A stretch of DNA of 64,000 nt from Armatimonadota bacterium (lineage in GTDB: Bacteria; Armatimonadota; SYMT01). The DNA is taken from positions 1 through 64,000 of the forward strand of contig JBKBRF010000038.1 in NCBI GenBank assembly GCA_046292385.1. Direction: 5' to 3'. The notes under the pieces are model-generated. The model worked only from the letters and a program-made list of their open reading frames with translations. It was not told where the DNA came from and did no database searches. A program made the translations under genes and the position numbers. This document shows, piece by piece, positions 9,640 to 17,159 of the stretch (position 1 is the stretch's first letter; each line of letters begins with the position of its first letter).

Positions 9640-10758
9640 GTGACGGGAAGCTCCGAGAGAACGCATGGCCGTTCCGTGACGAGGCGGCGCCTGCTGCTGG
9701 GACTGGCGCTGCTGGGGGGCTCCAGCGCTCGCGCGGAGACCGGCGCGGAGCCGGGGGACGAAGAGTACCCGCTGGCCGCCTGGCGCCTTCTCGCCCCGAA
9801 GGAGGCGGGGCTCTCCGAACCGGCCCTCGCGCAATTCCGGAGCTATGTGGGCGGTCGCGGCTGCGTGGTGCGCCGCGGGCGAATGGTCGACACCTGGGGC
9901 GACCCGGGGCGCCGGGGAGACGTCGCATCCGCGGCGAAGCCGTGGTATGCCCACTTCCTCTTCCGGGCACTGGAACAGCAGCGCCTCCCCAGCCTGGATG
10001 CCGCCGTAAGCACCTGGGAGCCTCGCCTAAGCGATCTAAACGCAGAGCTGGGCCATAAGGACCGCCGCATCACCTGGCGACACCTGGCGACCCAGACCTC
10101 CGGCTACGGCGTCCGGGAGGCGCCCGGCACGGCGTTCGATTACAACGACTGGCAGATGGCGCTCTTCTGGGACACGCTGTTCCTCCGGGTCTATGGTGCG
10201 ACTCTCGCCACCGTCGACGCGCAGGTGCTGCGATCCGGCCTCACCGACCCGCTGCAGTGCGAGGACGAGCCGACCTTCCTCGCGTTCGGAGAGCGAGACC
10301 GTCCCGGACGGCTGGCGGTCTCTCCCCGCGACTTCGCCCGCTTCGGGCTGCTCTATCTGCGAAAAGGCCGGTGGAACGGCCGGCAGCTCCTCACTCGGCG
10401 GCACGCGGAGCTGGCGATCGGCTCGCCTTTGCCGAATTCGGTGCCGCGTACCGCCGGCCAGCCCACGGAGATGATTCCCGGCCAGCGAACCATCGGCTCG
10501 CGGGTGATCCCGGATAACCAGACCGACCACCTGGGCAGCTACAGCCATCTCTGGTGGACGAACGGCATCGACCGAAACGGCAAGCGGCACTGGCCCGGGG
10601 CGCCCACGGACACCTTCGGCGCCTTCGGCCACGGCGGCAACGAGGCGCTCGTGGTGATCCCCGGGCTCGACCTGATCGTAAGCTGGAACGAGTCTCGCGT
10701 CGGGACCCGGGAGATGACGAACGAGGCCCTGCAGCGCCTGGTGGCGACAGTCACCTAA
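9640..10758 (+). CDS. Serine hydrolase of beta-lactamase/AmpC fold, Tat-type signal
   Basis: TRRRLL signal, SxxK (SAAK), ITWRHLATQTSG, PGTAFDYND, RDFARFGLLYL. Confidence 0.85.
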   Translation: MTGSSERTHGRSVTRRRLLLGLALLGGSSARAETGAEPGDEEYPLAAWRLLAPKEAGLSEPALAQFRSYVGGRGCVVRRGRMVDTWGDPGRRGDVASAAKPWYAHFLFRALEQQRLPSLDAAVSTWEPRLSDLNAELGHKDRRITWRHLATQTSGYGVREAPGTAFDYNDWQMALFWDTLFLRVYGATLATVDAQVLRSGLTDPLQCEDEPTFLAFGERDRPGRLAVSPRDFARFGLLYLRKGRWNGRQLLTRRHAELAIGSPLPNSVPRTAGQPTEMIPGQRTIGSRVIPDNQTDHLGSYSHLWWTNGIDRNGKRHWPGAPTDTFGAFGHGGNEALVVIPGLDLIVSWNESRVGTREMTNEALQRLVATVT

Positions 10759-10806
10759 GCTAAGGGGTTGCAGGAAGTCACTGACACGTTTTCCAGCGGA
10801 GTTCTG

Positions 10807-10857
10807 AGCCCGCGAAGGCGGGCTTCGCTCGGTGTAGCCTCGACTTTAGTCCGAGGC
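10807..10857. repeat. REP-like palindrome doublet between convergent genes
   Basis: AGCCCGC-GAAG-GCGGGCT then GTAG + imperfect palindrome CCTCGACTTTAGTCCGAGG. Confidence 0.6.
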
Positions 10858-10936
10858 GAAAGCGGCCCATCACTCCAGCGTACCCTCTAGCGGCGGACCT
10901 ACCTCGGGTTCCTGATCATCGATAACGCAAAGCGCC

Positions 10937-12364
10937 TCAGGCGAGGATCCCCTTCACCACCCGGCCGTGTACGTCGGTCAGGCGGAAGTCGCGGCCGGCG
11001 TGGCGGTAGGTGAGCCGCTCGTGATCCAGGCCGAGCAGGTGGAGCAGCGTGGCGTGCAGGTCGTGGAGGTGGACCTTGTTCTCCACGGCGTAGTAGCCGT
11101 AGTCATCCGTGGCTCCGAAACGGAGCCCCGGTTTCACTCCCGCGCCGGCCAGCCACATGGTGAAGCCTTCCGGGTTGTGGTCGCGCCCGTCGGCACCCTG
11201 TGCGGTCGGCGTGCGGCCGAACTCCCCGCCCCACAGGACCAGGGTGTCCTCCAGGAGCCCGCGAGACTTGAGGTCGGTCAATAGCCCGGCGATCGGTTGG
11301 TCCACCTCCGCCGCGTTGCTGGCGTGGTCCCGGCGGAGAGCCTCGTGCTGGTCCCACTTGTAGCTGTGCGTCACCTGCACGAAGCGGACCCCTCGTTCCA
11401 GGAAGCGGCGCGCCATCAGGCACTGATGCCCGAACTGGCGAGTCTTCGGCTGATCCATCCCATAGAGCTTGCGAATCGCCTCGCTTTCGCCGGAAAGGTC
11501 CTGCAGCTCCGGAGCGGCGGACTGCAGCCGGAACGCCAGCTCGAACGACTCGATGCGTCCTTCCAGCGCGCGGTCCCCGCTCCGGGTGGACAGGTGTCCC
11601 CGGTTCAGCGCCTGGATACGCTGCAGCTCCAGCTCCTGCAGCTCCCGCGGCACCTCGGTGTTGCGGATGAACGGGATCTGCGCCTGGTCCGCGGGGGTGC
11701 TGGCATTCCCCAGCGGGGTACCGTGGTAGACCGCGGGAAGAAAGGCGGAGCTGAAGTTGTTGACGCCTCCGTGCGTCAGCGTGGGGCAGATGGTGACGAA
11801 GCCCGGCAGGTTCTGGTTCTCCGTCCCGAGGCCGTAGACGATCCAGGAGCCGAGGCTGGGACGCACGAAGGTATCACTGCCGGTGTGCAGCTCCAGGAGC
11901 GCGCCTCCGTGGCGGGAGTTGGAGCCGTGCATGGAGTGGATCACGCACAGCTCATCCGCGTGCCGGGCCACCTGGGGGAACAGCTCGCTCACCCAGAGGC
12001 CGCTCTGGCCGTACTGCTGGAAGCTCCAGGGTGATTTCAGCAGGTTGCCGGTGGGACTGGAGACCACCCGCGGGCGGGCGAATGGGAGCGGCTTGCCGTG
12101 GTCGCGCGTCAGGAGCGGCTTGTAGTCGAACGTATCGATCTGGGACGGGCCGCCGTGCATGAAGAGGAAGAGTACCCGCTTCGCCCGCGCCGGAAAGTGC
12201 GGCGGCTGGGGAGCGAGCGGATGTCGACGCGAGCCCTCGGCCGCGCGGCCCTCCTCCGCCAGGAGAGACGCCAGGGCCAGGCTCCCGAATCCGGCGCTGC
12301 TGCGCCGCAGCAGCTCGCGGCGGGTGAGCGGTCGGGGACTCGCGGGGTGCCAGTGCCGGTTCAT
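10937..12364 (-). CDS. DUF1501 domain protein (sulfatase-like fold), Tat signal
   Basis: LTRRELL, AKRVLFLFMHGGPSQIDTFD, WDQH, GGEFGRTP, GRDHNP, RLTDVHG. Confidence 0.9.
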   Translation of the reverse strand: MNRHWHPASPRPLTRRELLRRSSAGFGSLALASLLAEEGRAAEGSRRHPLAPQPPHFPARAKRVLFLFMHGGPSQIDTFDYKPLLTRDHGKPLPFARPRVVSSPTGNLLKSPWSFQQYGQSGLWVSELFPQVARHADELCVIHSMHGSNSRHGGALLELHTGSDTFVRPSLGSWIVYGLGTENQNLPGFVTICPTLTHGGVNNFSSAFLPAVYHGTPLGNASTPADQAQIPFIRNTEVPRELQELELQRIQALNRGHLSTRSGDRALEGRIESFELAFRLQSAAPELQDLSGESEAIRKLYGMDQPKTRQFGHQCLMARRFLERGVRFVQVTHSYKWDQHEALRRDHASNAAEVDQPIAGLLTDLKSRGLLEDTLVLWGGEFGRTPTAQGADGRDHNPEGFTMWLAGAGVKPGLRFGATDDYGYYAVENKVHLHDLHATLLHLLGLDHERLTYRHAGRDFRLTDVHGRVVKGILA

Positions 12365-12377
12365 CGCGTCTTCCCTT

Positions 12378-15300
12378 TCAATCGACGTAGAGGAACTCGC
12401 TCGCGGCGAGCAGGGTCCGGCAGAGGCTCTGCCACGCCTGCCGCCGCGTCTCCGGCGCCGCGCTGCTGCCGCCGTCGCGGCTCGCCAGCGTCTCCTGTAT
12501 CTGCCGCAGGAAGGCCAGGGCGCTGTCGGTCTCCGCGCGCGTCGCCGGACGTCCGTACGCCTGTTCGTACGCCCGGCCGATCCGATCGGCGTCTCGCTGG
12601 TCCGGAGCGGCGAGGAGCCGGTCGGCCCACGCCCGGCTGCTCTCCAGCACCAGCCGGCTGTTGAGCATGAAGAGCGCCTGCGGGGCGACGACGGTCGACG
12701 CTCGCTGGCCGCGGACGACGCTCGGATCCCCGAAGTCAAACGCCTGGAAGACGTCGTAGACAGAGCTGCGGATCACCGGCAGGTAGACGGAGCGCCGCGG
12801 GTGGTCGTAGTTGACGTCGTTCCGGTTAGCGGTGCTGGTGACGTACTCCCGGTTCTTGTAGGTCAGCAGCGAGCCGCCCGGGGTGAGGTCGAGCCGCCCG
12901 CTTACGGCGAGCAGCGCGTCGCGGACCGCCTCCGCCTCCAGCCGGCGCCGGTCCATCCGCCAGTAGAGCCGGTTCTCCGGATCTTTCGCCGCGGCCTTCG
13001 CGTCGTGGCGGGAGCTCATCTGATAGGCGCTGGAGAGCATGATCAGCCGGTGCATCCGCTTGATCGACCAGCCGCCCTCCACGAAGCGCCGGGCGAGCCA
13101 GTCGAGCAGCTCCGGATGGGTCGGCACCTCGCCCAGGCGCCCGAAGTTGTCCGGGCTGCGGACCAGCCCGGCGCCGAAGTGGCCCTGCCAGATGCGGTTC
13201 ACCATCACCCGGGAGGTGAGCGGGTGCCGCGGCTGGGTGAGCCAGCGGGCCAGCTCCAACCGGCCGCTCCGCAGGTTGTCGATGCGCGGCTGACTCTCCC
13301 CGGCGAGAATGCGGGGGAAGCGGCGCGGAACGGGCTCCCCCAACGTCAGGTGGTTCCCCCGCAGGTGGATGCGCACGTTCTGCACCTGCCCCTCGCGCAC
13401 GCCGAGGGCGCGGGGAAGCTCCGGGCGGCTCCTCTCCAGCGCGTCGATCTCGGCGCCCAGCTCCCGCAGCTTACCCGCCGTCTCCGGCGGATAGTAGCGC
13501 TCCGGCTGCGGGGGAAGCCGGAACGGCGAGCGGTCTCCCTGCAGCAGCTGCCGGAGGAGCGGCGAGCGGGTCTCCGGCGCTCGGCTCGGGGCACGGGCGT
13601 CGTCGAAGAGCGCCTGTAGTCGCGGCTCGCCGTCCGCCCGGGCCGCCTGGAGCAGGACGGAAAGCTCGGGGGCGGCCTCCAGAGCGGCGGTCCACTGGGC
13701 CAGGAAGTCGGGGTTCAGGTCCAGCTCCGCGGCCGCCTGCTCCGCCGTCCGCGGGTAGCCGTCGGCGGGACCCTCCCACGGCGCCAGCAGGAGCTTGTCG
13801 ACGTGCGGGAACGGACCCGGCCGCTCCAGCCGGAGCCGGACCTCTCCCGCGGGCAGCAGGTAGACGCCGGCGGTCTCCCAGCGCTGGGTATCCGGCATCC
13901 AGCTTCCGGTCACGCCCCCGCCCACCGCAGCATGAGCCAGCCTCCCGTTCACGAGCAGCCGCATCGGCCGCGCCTCGGCGGCGGCATAGCGGAGCTCCAG
14001 CCGGTAGGGGCCCGCGGTGGGAACCTGGAGCGAGTATTCGGCGACGTTCGGGAGCGGACCGGCGTTCACCAACACGCCGATCCCTTGCCCGTAGCCCGTC
14101 GTATCCTTGAGGACGTTGCCCTCCGCGAAGTCCTCCGCTTCGAGCACGCGGATTCCGGGCAGCCGCTCCCAGCCGGGGCGGCCGGTCAGCGACGGGGGCA
14201 GCGGCTGCCGGCGCCGGAGCAGCTCCAGCGCGGCGGAGAGGTAGGCGCCGGCCCGGGCCTCCGCGGAGCGCACCAGCGCCGTCCCCGCCGTCTGCTGCAG
14301 CGCCTCCCGCTCCTGCTTGCGGGCGGCGAGGGACGCCGCATGCTCCTTCAACCGGGCCTGGTCCGCGGCGGAGGCGAGTGGGTGCTCGTACCACTGGGCG
14401 ACGACGGAGAAGCTCTCCATCGTCTGGGTGCTCTTGAAGATGCCCGCCAGGCTGTAATAGTCCGCGGCCGGCACCGGATCGAACTTGTGGTCGTGGCAGC
14501 GCGCGCAGCCGAGGGTGAGCCCCAGAAAGACCTGGCCGAGCGTATCGATCTGCTCGTCGATGATGTCCATCTCCATCTTCACCGGGTCATCCTCGGCGAG
14601 CATCTTCGGGCCGAGCGCCAGGAATCCGGTCGCCACCAGCCGCTCCCGGCGCGTGGCTTCGTCACCGCCGGGCAGGAGGTCGCCGGCAAGCTGCTCCTGG
14701 ACGAACTGGTCGTACGGCTTGTCCTGGTTGAACGCGCGGATCACGTAGTCGCGGTACCGCCAGGCTTCCGCGAAGGCGAGGTTCTCGTCCAGCCCGTTCG
14801 AATCGGCGTAGCGGACGGCATCGAGCCAGTGCCGCCCCCAGCGCTCTCCATAACGCGGCGAGGTGAGGAGGCGGTCCACCACCCGCGCGAACGCCTCCGG
14901 CGACGTGTCGGCCAGGAACGCCGCCATCTCTTCCGGGGTAGGCGGCAGCCCGGTGAGGTCGTAGGTGGCCCGGCGCAGCAGCTCCCGCTTGCCGGCCGGC
15001 GGGGACGGCTGCAGCCCGGCGGCCTCGAGGCGCGAGAGCACGAAGGCGTCGATCGGAGAGCGGACCCACGCCTGGTTCCGGACCGGAGGCATGGCGGGCT
15101 CCCGGGGCGGCTGGAACGCCCAGAACCGCTTCTCATCCTCGCTGAAGAGCGACCCGCCCGGCTTCTTACCGGCGGCAGGCACGGACGGGGCGGCATTCGG
15201 CCAGGGCGCTCCCAGCTTCACCCAGGTGGTGAGGTCCTCGATCTGTCGTGCGGAGAGCTTCCGCTGCGGCGGCATCTTGAGCTGCGTGCGGTGGTGGACC

Positions 15301-15614
15301 GCCTCGATCAGCAGGCTCTCCTCCGGCCGTCCGCGCACCAGCGCCGGGCCGGAAACTCCTCCGGACAGGACTCCGGAGAGAGTGTCGAGCCGCAGCCCGC
15401 CCTGCTGCACTTTCTCCCCGTGGCAGGAGAAGCACTGCTCCGCCAGGACCGGCCGGACCCGCTTCTCGAAGAGCTCCAGGTGCGCGGGATCGATCGGCGG
15501 AGCACTCGCCGGCTCCTCCGGAGGCGGCGCGGCGGCGAGTGCGACGGCACTCCCGAGGAGACAGCCGCCCAGCAGGGTGGGCCAGAGCCAGCGGAGAGAA
15601 CGAGGGTGCGGCAT
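12378..15614 (-). CDS. Planctomycete cytochrome c / DUF1549 / DUF1553 (PSD1) protein with internal CBM6/35-like domain
   Basis: Signal peptide, CFSCH, YGERWGRHWLD, CARCHDHKFDP, LEAEDF...YRLELRYAA insert, PTHPELLDWLA. Confidence 0.9.
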   Translation of the reverse strand: MPHPRSLRWLWPTLLGGCLLGSAVALAAAPPPEEPASAPPIDPAHLELFEKRVRPVLAEQCFSCHGEKVQQGGLRLDTLSGVLSGGVSGPALVRGRPEESLLIEAVHHRTQLKMPPQRKLSARQIEDLTTWVKLGAPWPNAAPSVPAAGKKPGGSLFSEDEKRFWAFQPPREPAMPPVRNQAWVRSPIDAFVLSRLEAAGLQPSPPAGKRELLRRATYDLTGLPPTPEEMAAFLADTSPEAFARVVDRLLTSPRYGERWGRHWLDAVRYADSNGLDENLAFAEAWRYRDYVIRAFNQDKPYDQFVQEQLAGDLLPGGDEATRRERLVATGFLALGPKMLAEDDPVKMEMDIIDEQIDTLGQVFLGLTLGCARCHDHKFDPVPAADYYSLAGIFKSTQTMESFSVVAQWYEHPLASAADQARLKEHAASLAARKQEREALQQTAGTALVRSAEARAGAYLSAALELLRRRQPLPPSLTGRPGWERLPGIRVLEAEDFAEGNVLKDTTGYGQGIGVLVNAGPLPNVAEYSLQVPTAGPYRLELRYAAAEARPMRLLVNGRLAHAAVGGGVTGSWMPDTQRWETAGVYLLPAGEVRLRLERPGPFPHVDKLLLAPWEGPADGYPRTAEQAAAELDLNPDFLAQWTAALEAAPELSVLLQAARADGEPRLQALFDDARAPSRAPETRSPLLRQLLQGDRSPFRLPPQPERYYPPETAGKLRELGAEIDALERSRPELPRALGVREGQVQNVRIHLRGNHLTLGEPVPRRFPRILAGESQPRIDNLRSGRLELARWLTQPRHPLTSRVMVNRIWQGHFGAGLVRSPDNFGRLGEVPTHPELLDWLARRFVEGGWSIKRMHRLIMLSSAYQMSSRHDAKAAAKDPENRLYWRMDRRRLEAEAVRDALLAVSGRLDLTPGGSLLTYKNREYVTSTANRNDVNYDHPRRSVYLPVIRSSVYDVFQAFDFGDPSVVRGQRASTVVAPQALFMLNSRLVLESSRAWADRLLAAPDQRDADRIGRAYEQAYGRPATRAETDSALAFLRQIQETLASRDGGSSAAPETRRQAWQSLCRTLLAASEFLYVD

Positions 15615-15738
15615 GGGGGGGTCCCGGGGGAAGGGGCTGACTACGGGCGCTCACCTCCGGGCATTGGGATGCCGCTCCGGGGGAGAAGTCGCAGCTCGTG
15701 TCACGCTCAGACGCGCGTCGTCGATGACGCAAAGCGCC

Positions 15739-17157
15739 TCAGGCGAAGATCTCCTTCACCACCCGGCCGTGCACGTCGGTGAGGCGGAAGTCGCGGCCGG
15801 CGTGGCGGTAGGTGAGCCGCTCGTGGTCGAGGCCGAGCAGGTGGAGCAGCGTGGCGTGCAGGTCGTGGATATGGACCTTGTTCTCCACGGCGTAATAGCC
15901 GAACTCGTCCGTGGCCCCGTACGCCGTCCCGCCCTTCACGCCGCCCCCCGCCAGCCAGACGGTGAAGCCGTGTGGGTTGTGATCCCGCCCGTCTTTCCCC
16001 TGGGCGGTGGGGGTGCGCCCGAACTCGGTGGCCCAGAGCACCAGCGTGTCCTCCAGCATCCCGCGGCCCTTGAGGTCCTTCAGCAGGCCGGCGATCGGCA
16101 GGTCCACCTCGGCAGCGTTCTTGGCGTGGTCTTCCTTCAGGTTGCCGTGCTGGTCCCACTTGTAGCTGTGGGTGCACTGGACCACCCGCACGCCCCGCTC
16201 CGCGAACCGGCGCGCCAGCAGGCACTGGCGTCCGAAGTTGTCGGTCGGCTCCCGGCCGATGCCGTACAGGTCGAGCGTCGCCTTCGACTCGCCGGACAGC
16301 TCCATCAGCTCCGGCGCGGAGGTCTGCATCCGGAAGGCGAGCTCGAAGTTTTCGATCTGCCCCTCCAGCCGCAGGTCCTCGCCCGCGCGGGAGAGGTGCT
16401 CCCGGTTGAGCCCCTGCAGGAAGTCGAGCTGCTTCCGCTGCAGCGCCCGGGGAACGTCCGGGTTCTCCAGGTTGCGGATCGACGACTGCTTCGTCGGGAT
16501 ACTGGCGTTGCCGATGCGCGTCCCCTGCGTCCACGCCGGCAGGAAGGCGGAGCCGAAGTTCTGAACCCCGCCGTGCGCCAGGGTGGGGCAGATGGTGACG
16601 TAGCCCGGCAGGTCGCGGTTCTCCGTCCCGAGGCCGTAGACCAGCCACGATCCCATGCTGGGCCGGATGAAGACGCCCGCGCCGGTGTGAAGCTGGAGCA
16701 GCGCGCCGCCGTGCGCGCTCTGATCCGCATGCAAGGAGCGGACCACGCACAGGTCATCCGCGCAGCTCCCGATCTGCGGAAAGAGATCGCTCACCGGCAG
16801 GCCGCTCTGGCCGTAGCTCCGGAACTCCCAGGGCGACTTGAGCAGGTTGCCGGTCTCCGCGAACTGCACCTTCGGCTTCGGGAACGGCAGCGGCTCCCCG
16901 TTCATCTTCGCCAGCATCGGCTTCGGATCGAAGCTGTCCACCTGCGAGACGCCGCCGTGCATGAAGAGGAAGATCAACCGCTTGGCCCGGGGCGCGAAGT
17001 GCGGCGGGCGCGCCGCGAGCGGGTTGGCGGCCGCCTCCGCCGCGCGCGAGGCGACGTCGCCCAGCAGCGAGGCGAGCGCGACCATCCCGATCCCGCAGGC
17101 GGATTGCTGCAGGAGAGCGCGGCGGGTGAACACGGGTTCGAAGTGGCGGCAGCTCAT
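15739..17157 (-). CDS. DUF1501 domain protein (second copy), Tat signal
   Basis: FTRRALL, AKRLIFLFMHGGVSQVDSFD, WDQH, TEFGRTP, GRDHNP. Confidence 0.9.
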   Translation of the reverse strand: MSCRHFEPVFTRRALLQQSACGIGMVALASLLGDVASRAAEAAANPLAARPPHFAPRAKRLIFLFMHGGVSQVDSFDPKPMLAKMNGEPLPFPKPKVQFAETGNLLKSPWEFRSYGQSGLPVSDLFPQIGSCADDLCVVRSLHADQSAHGGALLQLHTGAGVFIRPSMGSWLVYGLGTENRDLPGYVTICPTLAHGGVQNFGSAFLPAWTQGTRIGNASIPTKQSSIRNLENPDVPRALQRKQLDFLQGLNREHLSRAGEDLRLEGQIENFELAFRMQTSAPELMELSGESKATLDLYGIGREPTDNFGRQCLLARRFAERGVRVVQCTHSYKWDQHGNLKEDHAKNAAEVDLPIAGLLKDLKGRGMLEDTLVLWATEFGRTPTAQGKDGRDHNPHGFTVWLAGGGVKGGTAYGATDEFGYYAVENKVHIHDLHATLLHLLGLDHERLTYRHAGRDFRLTDVHGRVVKEIFA

Positions 17158-17159
17158 TC

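Noticed and set aside
5480..9970. 1496-aa minus-strand ORF and other long antisense ORFs (28..1434, 13803..15782, 17871..20720, 42613..44862)
   Set aside because: Shadow frames of real high-GC genes on the opposite strand; no motifs and Arg/Gly/Pro-rich composition.
15722..15740. GACGCAAAGC, resembling the c-di-GMP-I riboswitch core (similar at 10925)
   Set aside because: No upstream GGCAAAC/GNRA stem, and it lies just past a stop codon on the antisense strand.
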